Shown: positions 1 to 9,930, counted from the stretch's first letter. The stretch: DNA of 64,000 nt from an uncultured Lachnospiraceae bacterium (GCA_949738465.1 CATJBQ010000110.1:22608-86607), one strand, 5' to 3'. Made by a program: numbers and translations. The notes: generated from the letters alone by a model not told the origin.

Positions 1-429
1 TGGTGCGGCATTGCCAACGGCGCCGAGGATATCCTGCTTCCCGAGAAGTACGACTACGACGAGCAGAAGCTGGTGAATCATATCATCCAGAACCGGAAGA
101 TGGGCAAGAAGCATCATATCATCGTCAACGCGGAGGGAATCGGGCATTCCACCAGCATGGCCAAGCGGATTGAGGCAGCCACCGGCATGGAGACACGGGC
201 CACGATCCTGGGGCATATGCAGCGTGGCGGCAGTCCCACGGCAAAGGACCGCGTCTATGCGTCCACCATGGGAGCCATGGCCGTGGATCTTCTGTGTGAG
301 GGCAAGTCCAACCGGGTGGTGGGTTACCGCAACGGAGAATTTGTAGACTTTGATATCGACGAGGCCCTGGGCATGACCAAGCAGATTTCCGAATATATGT
401 ACCAGATCTGCCTGAACCTGGGCATTTAA
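1..429 (+). CDS. pfkA: 6-phosphofructokinase, C-terminal part (5' end lies outside the window)
   Basis: Frame 1 is open from base 1. The tail ...HHIIVNAEGIG...TRATILGHMQRGGSPTAKDRVYAS... is the conserved C-terminal half of ATP-dependent PFK (GHxQRGG motif). Confidence 0.9.
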   Translation, partial: WCGIANGAEDILLPEKYDYDEQKLVNHIIQNRKMGKKHHIIVNAEGIGHSTSMAKRIEAATGMETRATILGHMQRGGSPTAKDRVYASTMGAMAVDLLCEGKSNRVVGYRNGEFVDFDIDEALGMTKQISEYMYQICLNLGI

Positions 430-462
430 AGCAGATATTGTGCAGCAGATGGAGGATACAGC

Positions 463-1341
463 GTGATTACCAGCAGCAGCAATCAGCAGATCAGAAGAAT
501 CCAGCAGCTACAGAAGACAAGCAAGACCCGCCAGAGACAGCGGGTCTTTGTTGTAGAAGGGCCAAGGATGGTATTGGAAGCGCCGGAGGAATGGCTGGAG
601 AAAATATATGTTTCCGAGAGCTTTCTTCTGTCGGCCCGGGAGAAAAAGCACGGTGGCGGCCCGAAAGAAGCCGGCCAGGAAAAGGACCGGTGGCAGCGGC
701 TTTGGGACTGTGGATATGAAGAAGTCTCCGATTCCGTATTCCAGGCCATCAGCGATACCAGGACGCCCCAGGGGATCCTGGCTGTGGTCCGGATACCCCG
801 GTATACCCTTGCGGATCTGCTCTCCCCCAGAAAAAAATGTATACTGTATACAGACACAGGACAACCTGGACAGAATACGAAGGCAGCCCCGCCGCTGCTC
901 CTGGTACTGGATACGGTCCAGGATCCGGGAAACCTGGGGACCATGCTCCGCACGGGAGAGGGGGCCGGGATCAGCGGGATTCTGATGAACCGTACCACGG
1001 CGGATATTTTCAGTCCCAAGGTGATCCGATCCACCATGGGTTCCATTTTCCGGGTTCCCTTTGTGATTACGGAGGATCTGCCGGGGGATATCCAGAAGCT
1101 CCGCCAGCAGGGCATCCGTTTTTATGCCGCCCACCTTAAGGGGAAGGAATCCTACAATGCCGTGGATTACTCCGGAGGCTGCGGGTTTTTGATTGGAAAT
1201 GAGGGGAACGGGCTTTCCCAGGAGATTGCCTCTCTTGCAGATACCTACGTCCGGATCCCCATGGCCGGGCAGGTGGAATCCCTCAATGCGGCGATGGCTG
1301 CCGGGCTTCTGATGTATGAGGCAGCTCTGTTTGAACCGTAA
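463..1341 (+). CDS. TrmH/SpoU-family RNA 2'-O-methyltransferase (RlmB-like)
   Basis: 292-aa ORF with SpoU methylase motifs NLGTMLRTGEGAG, GNEGNGLS and IPMAGQVESLNAAMAAGLLMYE. Confidence 0.85.
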   Translation: MITSSSNQQIRRIQQLQKTSKTRQRQRVFVVEGPRMVLEAPEEWLEKIYVSESFLLSAREKKHGGGPKEAGQEKDRWQRLWDCGYEEVSDSVFQAISDTRTPQGILAVVRIPRYTLADLLSPRKKCILYTDTGQPGQNTKAAPPLLLVLDTVQDPGNLGTMLRTGEGAGISGILMNRTTADIFSPKVIRSTMGSIFRVPFVITEDLPGDIQKLRQQGIRFYAAHLKGKESYNAVDYSGGCGFLIGNEGNGLSQEIASLADTYVRIPMAGQVESLNAAMAAGLLMYEAALFEP

Positions 1342-1409
1342 AATTTTCGATCTATGGTTCATGGATCGCAATAATCTTCCGATATATGATTCAGAAAGGG
1401 GAGATTTTG

Positions 1410-2270
1410 ATGGACATTGCAGCGGTAAAACGAAGTGTTTTAGAAAGAACATATCAGCAAAACCCCATTGGCCCGGCGTTTTCCAATGTTTCAAATAATG
1501 GTTTTTCACAGGCGGCCCAGGAGGCGGAAAGCCGTCTTACACATAAGGAAGCCGATATTTTAAATATAACAATGATAACGGATTCTGCCACAGGAGAGGT
1601 CTACGGCTGCGCAGCCGGCTACAGCGAGGCTTCCACGCCGGAGAATCCCATCATCCGGGTGACGATGACATCTTCCAACGGGAAAAAAGAGACTTATGAT
1701 GTGGCAGTCAACCAGGTGAATCCTGCTTCCGCCACCGGGCTGGAGATGTTTGCCCTCTGCTGCTATGCGGACCACCAGGGGATGGGCAGGGGCGGCCTTG
1801 GCTCCTGGGTCAGGGTGAAGACCATGATGGAAAACGCCGCCGCGAATGGCTATCAAAAAGGGTTTTCCGGGAAGGAAGCTTTTATAAATCAGAAAACAGA
1901 CTGGCCCGCCGTCGTATCCAGGATGACAGAGGATTATCTGCGGGCAGGGATTTACCAGCAGTATCAGCAGGGGCAGGCCTTGCTGGATATGATGAAGAAG
2001 TTTGAAAGGCAGGAGCATGAGGAGGATCCCTGGCAGGCGATCGCGGCGCGCAAGGAGGAGATCCAGGAAAAGCTCCGCAACGGAGATACGGAGGTAAAAT
2101 ACCAGATTGGCGGCAGCAGCTATACCCAGAAGGAATGGGAACGCATGATGGAGCAGTTTGATTCCCTAGAGGAGATCATCCGCCATATGATGGAAGAACG
2201 CAGGGAGAAGCAGCGCCAGTATGCGTTCCGGCAGGTTCTGGGGGAACCGGAGGAGAAAAACGTATCTTAA
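1410..2270 (+). CDS. hypothetical protein with a Glu/Gln/Arg-rich, probably coiled-coil C-terminus
   Basis: Long ORF with coding-like composition. GGGGAG lies 6 nt before the ATG at 1410. I recognise no motif. Confidence 0.5.
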   Translation: MDIAAVKRSVLERTYQQNPIGPAFSNVSNNGFSQAAQEAESRLTHKEADILNITMITDSATGEVYGCAAGYSEASTPENPIIRVTMTSSNGKKETYDVAVNQVNPASATGLEMFALCCYADHQGMGRGGLGSWVRVKTMMENAAANGYQKGFSGKEAFINQKTDWPAVVSRMTEDYLRAGIYQQYQQGQALLDMMKKFERQEHEEDPWQAIAARKEEIQEKLRNGDTEVKYQIGGSSYTQKEWERMMEQFDSLEEIIRHMMEERREKQRQYAFRQVLGEPEEKNVS

Positions 2271-2431
2271 GCAAATCTTTAGAAAATTCTGCAGTCCTCC
2301 TTTGGATTGGGTCGTTATAATCAATGTATGGATCGCATGCAATACGACTCATTCAAAGGAGGACATTTTTATGTGGAAACGACGGCAAAGCAGGCAGAAC
2401 CGCAGGATAGAAGCGTGGAGGGAGAACAGTT

Positions 2432-3148
2432 ATGGAACAGCCAAATGCAAAGGAATTTCACATTTTGATTGTAGAGGATGATGCAGAGATCCGGGATGGC
2501 ATCGAGATTTTCTTAAGGAGCCAGGGATATCAGGTATCAAAGGCGGCCAACGGCATCGAGGGGCTGGCGGTTCTGGAGCAGCAGGAAATTCATCTGGCCA
2601 TTGTGGATATCATGATGCCCCGGATGAACGGAATCACCATGACCGTAAAGCTGCGGGAAAAGTACGATTTTCCGGTGATTATGCTGTCTGCCAAGTCCGA
2701 GGAGACCGACAAGGTCATGGGACTCAACATCGGTGCGGACGATTATGTCACCAAGCCCTTTACGCCTCTGGAGCTGATGGCCCGGGTGAATTCCCAGCTC
2801 AGGCGTTACACCCGTTTCCGCAACAAGAGCGGACAGCAGCCGGCGGAGCGGGTTTATATCAACGGCGGGCTGGAATTGAATGAGGATACGGTAGAGGTGG
2901 CGGTGGACGGCAAGCCGGTGAAGCTGACACCCATCGAGTTTAAGATCCTGGCGTTGCTCATGAAAAATGTGGGGCGCGTATTTTCCACCGATGAGATTTA
3001 CGAGCGGGTGTGGAACGAGAAGGCTGTCAACACGGACAGCATTATGGTGCATGTGAGGAATATTCGGGAGAAAATAGAAATTAACCCGAAGGAACCAGAA
3101 TATTTAAAGGTGGTGTGGGGCGTTGGATACAAAATTGAAAAAAAGTAG
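2432..3148 (+). CDS. OmpR-family response regulator
   Basis: Receiver motifs are present (ILIVEDD, LAIVDIMMP, TKPF). The C-terminal winged helix reads ...LTPIEFKILALLM...VWGVGYKI. Confidence 0.9.
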   Translation: MEQPNAKEFHILIVEDDAEIRDGIEIFLRSQGYQVSKAANGIEGLAVLEQQEIHLAIVDIMMPRMNGITMTVKLREKYDFPVIMLSAKSEETDKVMGLNIGADDYVTKPFTPLELMARVNSQLRRYTRFRNKSGQQPAERVYINGGLELNEDTVEVAVDGKPVKLTPIEFKILALLMKNVGRVFSTDEIYERVWNEKAVNTDSIMVHVRNIREKIEINPKEPEYLKVVWGVGYKIEKK

Positions 3149-5399
3149 GATTTTGCGGGGCTGCCTGGGAGTAGCGGCCGTGGCTGTGGCCGTGGCAGTC
3201 AGCCTGGGTTTGTTTATGCGGATTTCCAATGAAGCGGAAACGCAGTGGAGCCAGAATAACGACACGGATGACCAATACCGGCAGATGGTTTACAGCGAGA
3301 TATTAGAGCCCATCTATCATGGCAGCTATATCTTGAATCTGGAGAATGCCAACCGCTATGAGGAGCTGAACAATCAGATGCTGATGGAGGAATGGAATGG
3401 GCAGTTCAGTAGTATCCGGGATCGGGTGGATTATTATGTGACCAACGAGGACGGCAGCAAAACCAGCTCAAACAATTCCAACAATCTGGGAGGGCTTCTG
3501 CAGTTAGAAAAGACTGCCTGGCAGCAGATCGGCCAGATTTGCAGCCGGTACAGCGTCTGTTTCCGTATGAATTATGACAGCGAAGGAATCCTTACGGTGG
3601 AGCGTATTTATGAGGAGCCGATCGAAGGGGAGCCTGAGGAAACGGGAGTGAGCGACTGGATCATCAAGAACCTGCAGGCCATCGACCGGCAGAACCAGAA
3701 TCTGACACAGGATGTTTATTTGGAAGAGGATATGGACTGGCGGTCCGAGAAGGTGGAGCGCCCCAGGGAGCTTACGATTGTCTGGGGGATCCCGTCTGAA
3801 TATCTCCATACCTTCTCTGCCGAGGCCGAGGCGCTTGGCTATTGGGAGCGGGTGGATTATTATCAGCAGTACGGCGCTTTTCCGCTGTATTACGGGACGC
3901 TGGCTGTGCTGCTTCTGGCCGCATTACTTTTTACCTCGAAGTATCTGTGGAAGGAAAAGATCAGCTATCACCGGATCGGGTTCTGCTATGGGGCGGAGCT
4001 GGCGGTGGCGGCAGTGCTTATTTTATTGGGCAGCAGTGAGACGTTTGCAGGCTGGATCCTGCGTTACAGTAATACTTTTGGCGGGTGGGCCGGGAGGCAG
4101 TTAAGAGGGCCTTTTGATATCCTTAGGGGCGGGAATCCCTCCATGATCATGAACCTTTTGGTATTTGCAGCTATTTTAATCTGGTATTATGGAATCTGGT
4201 ATTTGTCGCTGCTGCAGCTTCGGCCTGTTTTTTCCCTGGGAATCCGGCAGTATGTGCGGGAGTACAGCCTAATTTATCTGATTGGAAGGAAATGCCGGGG
4301 GTGGTATCGGAAAAAATGGAGCGCTTTGCAGGAGGAGATCCGGCATATTGATTTTGAAAAAAAGGGAATGAGAACCATCCTGCATGTGGTGATCCTGAAT
4401 TTTGTTGTGTTATCTGTAATCTCCTGTTTCTGGGTGCTGGGGATCATTGGCCTGCTGTTCTATTCGGTGACAGTGTTCTTCCTGATCAAACAGCAGTACG
4501 ATCTGGCCCGGGCCGATTACGGGAAGCTTCTGGATGCAGCCTCTAGGATGGCTGAGGGGGATCTGAACGCCATTGAAAAATCCCAGAAATGGGGTATGTT
4601 TGAGCCTGTCAAGGAAGAATTGGAAAAGATCCGTGTGGGATTTGGCAGGGCGGTGGAGGAAGAAGTGAAGAGCCAGCGCATGAAAACGGAATTGATTACC
4701 AATGTTTCCCACGACCTGAAAACGCCGCTGACAGCCATCACCACCTATGTGGAGCTTTTGAAGAATCCGGAGATTACGCCGGAGGAGCGATCCTCCTACA
4801 TTGAGACCTTAGAGCGGAAATCACTGCGCTTAAAGGTACTGATTGAGGATTTGTTTGAGATCAGCAAGGCCACCAGCAACAATATCACGTTGGATCTGAT
4901 GCGGGTGGATGTGGTGAATCTCTTGAAACAGGTCAGCGTGGAGCATGCGGACAAATTTGAGGAAAGGGGCTTAGAGCTTCGGTGGAAGCTTCCGGAAAAA
5001 GCGGTCTGTACCTTAGACAGCCAGAAGACCTACCGGATTTTTGAAAATCTTTTTGTGAATATCGAAAAATATGCCATGGCCAACAGCCGGGTTTATGTGG
5101 AGGTGCACCAGGAGCCGGTGGAGGATAAAATTCCATCGGAAGCGCAGATTTCGGAAGGAGGGCCGCACGGAGGGTCCAGAAGGACCAGGATTTTATTGAA
5201 AAATATGTCCGAGGCAGAATTGAACATATGTTCGAATGAACTGACGGAGCGTTTTGTCCGGGGGGACGCTTCCCGGGGCACGGAAGGATCCGGACTGGGG
5301 CTTGCCATTGTGAGGAGCTTTACCGAGGCCCAGGGAGGGACCTTCCGGGTGGAGATCGACGGAGATTTGTTTAAAGCGGTGATTGAGATTGTCGGATGA
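3123..5399 (+). CDS. membrane sensor histidine kinase, partner of the preceding regulator
   Basis: Contains H-box SHDLKTPLTAI, N-box NLFVNIEKYA and G2 GSGLGLAIV, plus an N-terminal TM, a ~230-aa extracytoplasmic region and a multi-TM block. The start is ambiguous (TTG at 3123 or 3135) and overlaps the regulator stop. Confidence 0.85.
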   Translation: MDTKLKKSRILRGCLGVAAVAVAVAVSLGLFMRISNEAETQWSQNNDTDDQYRQMVYSEILEPIYHGSYILNLENANRYEELNNQMLMEEWNGQFSSIRDRVDYYVTNEDGSKTSSNNSNNLGGLLQLEKTAWQQIGQICSRYSVCFRMNYDSEGILTVERIYEEPIEGEPEETGVSDWIIKNLQAIDRQNQNLTQDVYLEEDMDWRSEKVERPRELTIVWGIPSEYLHTFSAEAEALGYWERVDYYQQYGAFPLYYGTLAVLLLAALLFTSKYLWKEKISYHRIGFCYGAELAVAAVLILLGSSETFAGWILRYSNTFGGWAGRQLRGPFDILRGGNPSMIMNLLVFAAILIWYYGIWYLSLLQLRPVFSLGIRQYVREYSLIYLIGRKCRGWYRKKWSALQEEIRHIDFEKKGMRTILHVVILNFVVLSVISCFWVLGIIGLLFYSVTVFFLIKQQYDLARADYGKLLDAASRMAEGDLNAIEKSQKWGMFEPVKEELEKIRVGFGRAVEEEVKSQRMKTELITNVSHDLKTPLTAITTYVELLKNPEITPEERSSYIETLERKSLRLKVLIEDLFEISKATSNNITLDLMRVDVVNLLKQVSVEHADKFEERGLELRWKLPEKAVCTLDSQKTYRIFENLFVNIEKYAMANSRVYVEVHQEPVEDKIPSEAQISEGGPHGGSRRTRILLKNMSEAELNICSNELTERFVRGDASRGTEGSGLGLAIVRSFTEAQGGTFRVEIDGDLFKAVIEIVG

Positions 5400-5599
5400 T
5401 TGTGATATGATTGAACAATTCAAGGATAAGTAGCAAGGGGAATTTGGGGAAAGCAGGCCATGCTCCCGGTGATGTCCGGAGTTTGGTCTGTTTTTCGTGA
5501 AAAATTTTGCTAAAATGGTATCATCTACTAAGAGAACCGCCTTCGCCAAACGTTTAATGAATGAAGGAATTCCTACAGGACAGAGAAAGGAGCAGATCT

Positions 5600-6160
5600 A
5601 TGGATCACGGTGCAAAAAGCTACCATCGTTTCCTTGAGGGCGACGATGAAGGGATCGTCGAGATCATCCGGGATTACAAAGACGGTCTGATCTTATTTTT
5701 GAATCGATATGTAAGGGATCTTGGACTGGCAGAAGAACTGGCAGAGGACACCTTTTTCCGTCTTGTCACCAGAAAACCGCGGTTTACGGAAAAATATGCG
5801 TTTAAGACCTGGCTGTACACCATCGGCCGGAATCTGGCCATCAGCCAGCTTCGGCAGATGAAAAGATTTTCCCAGGATTTTGGCAGGCAGATGGAAAAGC
5901 TGTCGAGTGAGGAGATGGATCTGGAAAAGTCCTATCTCCGGCAGGAGCAGAGGATCCAGGTGCACCGGGCGCTGTCTAAGGTCCGGCCGGAATATGGGCA
6001 GGCCCTGTACCTGAAGTTTTTTGAGGAGCTTGCCAATGACCAGATTGCCCATGTGATGAAAAAGAGCAGGCGGCAGATCGAAAATCTCATCTACCAGGGG
6101 AAGCAGTCGTTAAAACGGGAACTGGAAAAGGAGGGTTTTTCCGATGAAGGATTATCGTGA
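5600..6160 (+). CDS. ECF-type RNA polymerase sigma-70 factor
   Basis: Region 2 (FKTWLYTIGRNLAISQLR) and region 4 (LYLKFFEELANDQIAHVMKKSRRQIENLIYQGKQSLK) are present. AAAGGAG lies 8 nt before the ATG at 5600. Confidence 0.85.
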   Translation: MDHGAKSYHRFLEGDDEGIVEIIRDYKDGLILFLNRYVRDLGLAEELAEDTFFRLVTRKPRFTEKYAFKTWLYTIGRNLAISQLRQMKRFSQDFGRQMEKLSSEEMDLEKSYLRQEQRIQVHRALSKVRPEYGQALYLKFFEELANDQIAHVMKKSRRQIENLIYQGKQSLKRELEKEGFSDEGLS

Positions 6161-6992
6161 AATGGCAAAGGATGTTTTGGAACGCAGAGACCTTTATCTG
6201 GCAGAAAGGAGAAGAAAGATGAAAAAATATATCTCGTTGGTATCCTGTATCTGTCTGGCGGCGCTTTTGGGAGTCGGGGCATGGCAATTGGGTGGTCTGG
6301 CAGGAGAGACGCCGACAGATGCAGGAGGAGGGCCGGCAGGAGACGTGCAGACAGATGCGGGAGGAGGGCCGGACGCGGGAGGCATGTATCGGGATGGCGA
6401 CCCGGACGGGTATGGGGGGGCAGAGGATGCCAGCCCCCAAAGTGAGGAAGCCCGTCAGGCGATTACACAGGAGGAGGGCGAGACGGACCCGCTGGCAGAT
6501 CTGGCCCAGGGCCAGCAGACGGACAGTGACAGCACAGCCTGCGACCCGGCGGCGGATATGCCTGCCCAGGAAAGCCCGGTCAGCGCCGGGATTCTCAATG
6601 CTTATGAGGAGGCCTGGGGCGGGAGCTATATCAATGAGGAGGGCCGTACCGTGATCCTTCTGACGGAAGATACGCCGGAGAACCGACAGAAGGTATTTGA
6701 AAGGAATCCGGATCTTCTGGAGAGCAATACGGAGTTTCGACAGGCGGAGTATTCTCTGGCATATCTGACAGACCTCCAGGAGGAGATTTCGGAGCGTATG
6801 GCAGCGGGAAAGCTTCCGTTTGTCACGGTATCGGCAGTCAGGGAGGAGATCAACCGCATCCAGGTTACGGTCTGCCTGGAGGATCCGGACGAACTGGAAA
6901 AGCTGCTGGCTTTAGATGAGACCGGCGGGGCCATTGTGGTGGAGTATAGTTCCGCGGGGGCGGTGAAGGAGGAGATGGCGAGGGAGGAGTAG
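6144..6992 (+). CDS. putative anti-sigma factor: single-pass membrane protein with a Gly/Asp-rich linker
   Basis: Overlaps the sigma gene by 17 nt. It has a short cytoplasmic N-terminus, then the TM YISLVSCICLAALLGVGAW, then an extracytoplasmic domain. The function is inferred from position only. Confidence 0.5.
   Translation: MKDYREMAKDVLERRDLYLAERRRKMKKYISLVSCICLAALLGVGAWQLGGLAGETPTDAGGGPAGDVQTDAGGGPDAGGMYRDGDPDGYGGAEDASPQSEEARQAITQEEGETDPLADLAQGQQTDSDSTACDPAADMPAQESPVSAGILNAYEEAWGGSYINEEGRTVILLTEDTPENRQKVFERNPDLLESNTEFRQAEYSLAYLTDLQEEISERMAAGKLPFVTVSAVREEINRIQVTVCLEDPDELEKLLALDETGGAIVVEYSSAGAVKEEMAREE
6315..6372. repeat. imperfect in-frame tandem repeat (36-bp period) inside the anti-sigma candidate
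   Basis: acagatgcaggaggagggccgg at 6315 recurs as acagatgcgggaggagggccgg at 6351. At protein level this reads TDAGGGPAGDVQ/TDAGGGPDAGGM. Confidence 0.8.
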
Positions 6993-7096
6993 CGAAGCGT
7001 ATTCCAAAATGGCATGGTAGCAGGAAGATAAAGCGTTTGTGTTTTAGTCTCTTCCATATTATACTAAGGATATCCAATCGAAAGGAGATATCGGAT

Positions 7097-8047
7097 ATGA
7101 ATGCAAGGGAAAATATGCTGCGTGCTTACCGCCATGAAGTACCGGAATACGTGCCCAACGGATTTACGGATCTGGATATAATGGATTCTTTTGGGGAACG
7201 GTATTTTGGAGAGGGAACGGGCGACGACTGGTTTGGGGTGAACTGGACTTATACACCGGAGCTTCATTCCCAGACAGAGACGCCGGGCCAGGAGCTGGTG
7301 GAGGATCTGGAAGGATGGCAGGAGAAGATCAAAATGCCGGATCTTTCCGCTTATGATTGGGAAACACTTGCCGCGAAGACTACGGCCGGCTGGGACCGGG
7401 AGAATAAGGTGTCCCTGTGTATGCTTTTAAACGGGCCCTTTGAGCGTATGATGAGCTTGATGGGCTTTGAAAACGCACTGTGCGCGTTTTATGAGACACC
7501 GGATGAGGTGAAGGAATTTTTTGCGGCTGTGACCGAGCATAAATGCAGATATATCCATATTTTAAAGAAATATTATGACCTGGACATCATTGCATTTCAC
7601 GACGACTGGGGCAACAATCAGAATATGTTTTTTTCCATGGAGATGTGGCGTGAATTTATCAAACCCTGCATTCAGAAGGTGATCGATGCGGTTCACGCGG
7701 AGGGGATGATCTTTGAGATGCATTCCTGCGGGTACATCCGTCCCACGATTCCGGAGCTGGTGGAGATGGGGATCGATTCCATCCAGCCGCTGCAGTACTG
7801 CAACAGAGCAGAGGAGATCAAGGAGCAGTTTGGCGACAGGATCCTGTTAAGTGGCGGCTTCAACACCCAGGAGATTTTGGAAAGGCCCCAGGCGACCCCG
7901 GAAGAGATCCGCCAGGAGGTACGGCGCACCATAGACAGTCTGGCAGCAAATGGCGGGTATTGTGCCCTGGTACCCATCATTGATGATCGGGTAAGAGAAA
8001 TCGTCATCGATGAGGTGGCTCGGTATGGAAAGGATTTTTATGCATAA
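7097..8047 (+). CDS. uroporphyrinogen-decarboxylase-fold protein (MtaA/CmuA-type methylcobamide methyltransferase family)
   Basis: 316-aa product MNARENMLRAYRHEVPEYVPNGF...HDDWGNNQ...HSCGYIRP...LQYCN... has the URO-D fold pattern. AAAGGAG precedes the ATG at 7097. Confidence 0.75.
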   Translation: MNARENMLRAYRHEVPEYVPNGFTDLDIMDSFGERYFGEGTGDDWFGVNWTYTPELHSQTETPGQELVEDLEGWQEKIKMPDLSAYDWETLAAKTTAGWDRENKVSLCMLLNGPFERMMSLMGFENALCAFYETPDEVKEFFAAVTEHKCRYIHILKKYYDLDIIAFHDDWGNNQNMFFSMEMWREFIKPCIQKVIDAVHAEGMIFEMHSCGYIRPTIPELVEMGIDSIQPLQYCNRAEEIKEQFGDRILLSGGFNTQEILERPQATPEEIRQEVRRTIDSLAANGGYCALVPIIDDRVREIVIDEVARYGKDFYA

Positions 8048-8504
8048 TGTCGATATCCGCAATATCAGTCTGGGGCAGATCCAGTATTTTGTGAAGGCCG
8101 CGGAATACGGAAATATCACAAAGGCCGCGGAGTACTTCAATTTAAGCCAGCCGACGCTGAGCAAAAAGATGAAGAGCATGGAAGCCCAGCTGGATCTGCA
8201 GATGTTTGTACGTGGAAGCAACCAGCTGCAGCTGACCCCGGCAGGGCAGTTCCTTTATGAAAAATGGCAGGCGAGTGTCAAAAAGCTGGAGGAGGAGATC
8301 CAGTATGCCCATGTGCTGCAGCAGGGAAAAACAAAGAGCATCGTTGTGGCGATCCTGGATTCCTTCCGGCCGGATTCTTTTTTGCTGCCGGTGATGGATT
8401 CCTTTTTGAAAAAATATCCGGAGATCACGCTGCGGATTGAATCCGATGCGGCACAGGATATCCGGGAGATGCTGATTCATGGGGAAGTAGATATTGTCTT
8501 TTGA
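8040..8504 (+). pseudogene. LysR-family regulator, C-terminally truncated (154 aa, about half the usual ~300)
   Basis: An intact HTH is present (LGQIQYFVKAAEYGNITKAAEYFNLSQPTLSKKMKSME). The effector domain stops after ...HGEVDIVF, and the TGA overlaps the next ORF. Confidence 0.7.
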
Positions 8505-9736
8505 TGTTCTGGTTTTATGCGGGGATGGTAAATGACAGCTCGAATATCGTGGCCCCGGCAGTTGCGGAACGTCTGGGAATCCCGGTGGGGAATCTTCTGA
8601 ATATGGGAACCGTAGCGGCTATGGTGGGCGTGGTTTTCTTCTTCGTAATGGGAGCGGTTAATCAAAAGATTGGTCCGCGTGTTACGTCTTTTTTCTGTCT
8701 GATTCTGGCAGGAATCGGATATTTTGGAATGGGACGTGCAAACAGCCTGGCGCAGTATGCGGTATTCCTCTGTATCTGCACCATCGGGGCCATGAGCGCC
8801 GGATACATTGCAGGCGGCGCACTGGTTACTCAGTGGTTTCCGAAGAAAAAAGGGATCGTTATGGGATACACCACTATGGGGCATAACCTGGCAACCGGGT
8901 TCTTTGTGCCGATGATCACCCTGCTGGTGGGAAGGCTTGGAATTCAAAATGCAGTGGTTTTACCGGCAGTCCTGGTCTGCATTCTTGGACTGGCAGGACT
9001 TCTGCTGATCCGGAATACACCCGGGGAACGGGGGATCAATCCGGACAATGTGTCGGATGAAGTGTATCGGACGGAGTATTTTCAAGAGGAGACAGATGAG
9101 GATGGCGGCTGGACGGTGAAAAAGCTGTTTTCCAGAAAGACCTTCTGGCTGGTTGCAGTGGCATCCGGCGGTTACCAGTTCGTTTCCACGGTTATCATTA
9201 CCCAGTTGGTAGTACGAAACCAGGAGGTGGGCTTTACTCAGGCCCAGGCAGTAGGCATTATGACCATACTTGCATTTGCAGGGATCGCGGGATCCTGGAT
9301 CATCGGTGCGTTGGATCAGAAGCTTGGAACCAGGAAAACGATGATATTCTTCGGAATCTGGTATGCGGCTGCGCTGCTTCTGGAGGTTACCGAGGTGCGT
9401 GCACTGGTGATTGTATTCCTTGTGATGTTTGCGATCTCCCTGGGAGGTTCTGCGAATTTTACCACATCCCTGCCTGCAGCGGTATTTGGACGGCACGGTT
9501 TCAAGAAGGTCAACAGTGTGCTGTTCCCCATTCAGGCGCTGGTCTCGTCTTTGGGATTTATGGTAAATGGAAATGTGCTGAACGCAACAGGGAGTCTGCG
9601 GATGTCTTATGTGATCGCTGCCGCGGCTTCTCTTGTGGTGGTGGTGATCGTGCTGTTTATCAATGAGCATGAGTATAACAGAGATTTTATGACCGAGGAG
9701 CAGGCCGGGAAATTGACGGCAGAACTAAAAAAATAG
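8501..9736 (+). CDS. MFS transporter, apparently missing the first ~20-25 residues (part of TM1)
   Basis: About 11-12 hydrophobic segments. The ORF opens at TTG/ATG 8501/8504 directly at the LysR stop with no intergenic region or SD, and begins mid-helix (MMFWFYAGMVNDSSNIVAP...). Confidence 0.7.
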   Translation: MMFWFYAGMVNDSSNIVAPAVAERLGIPVGNLLNMGTVAAMVGVVFFFVMGAVNQKIGPRVTSFFCLILAGIGYFGMGRANSLAQYAVFLCICTIGAMSAGYIAGGALVTQWFPKKKGIVMGYTTMGHNLATGFFVPMITLLVGRLGIQNAVVLPAVLVCILGLAGLLLIRNTPGERGINPDNVSDEVYRTEYFQEETDEDGGWTVKKLFSRKTFWLVAVASGGYQFVSTVIITQLVVRNQEVGFTQAQAVGIMTILAFAGIAGSWIIGALDQKLGTRKTMIFFGIWYAAALLLEVTEVRALVIVFLVMFAISLGGSANFTTSLPAAVFGRHGFKKVNSVLFPIQALVSSLGFMVNGNVLNATGSLRMSYVIAAAASLVVVVIVLFINEHEYNRDFMTEEQAGKLTAELKK

Positions 9737-9772
9737 CAGGATGTCCTGCATTCATAATCTTAGGAGGAATCG

Positions 9773-9806
9773 ATACCGCCAGTGGGAAAGCTGGCGGTAT
9801 TTTTTC
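9773..9806 (+). terminator. intrinsic terminator after the MFS gene
   Basis: Perfect 10-bp stem ataccgccag/ctggcggtat with an 8-nt loop, followed by a T6 run. Confidence 0.75.
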
Positions 9807-9930
9807 TTGGAATTTTGAAGGGAATCTGTTACAATCATGATAGAGTAATCACGATACCAACTTACGGGATTGGGAAATTCAGGTTTTGAGGCTTTGTGGT
9901 GAACAAAAAGCATTTTTGGGAGGGATTTCG

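Noticed and set aside
2371-2481. 36-codon Arg-rich ORF (MWKRRQSRQNRR...) with a strong AAAGGAGG SD, overlapping the response-regulator start.
   Set aside because: It could be a leader peptide, but there is no associated structure, no conservation evidence and only a short length. The SD may simply be fortuitous. Evidence is insufficient to call it.
8477-8947. 156-aa minus-strand ORF at the LysR/MFS junction, considered as a possible inserted gene explaining the truncations.
   Set aside because: It is antisense to the MFS coding sequence and has shadow-ORF composition. The junction is better explained by a simple deletion.
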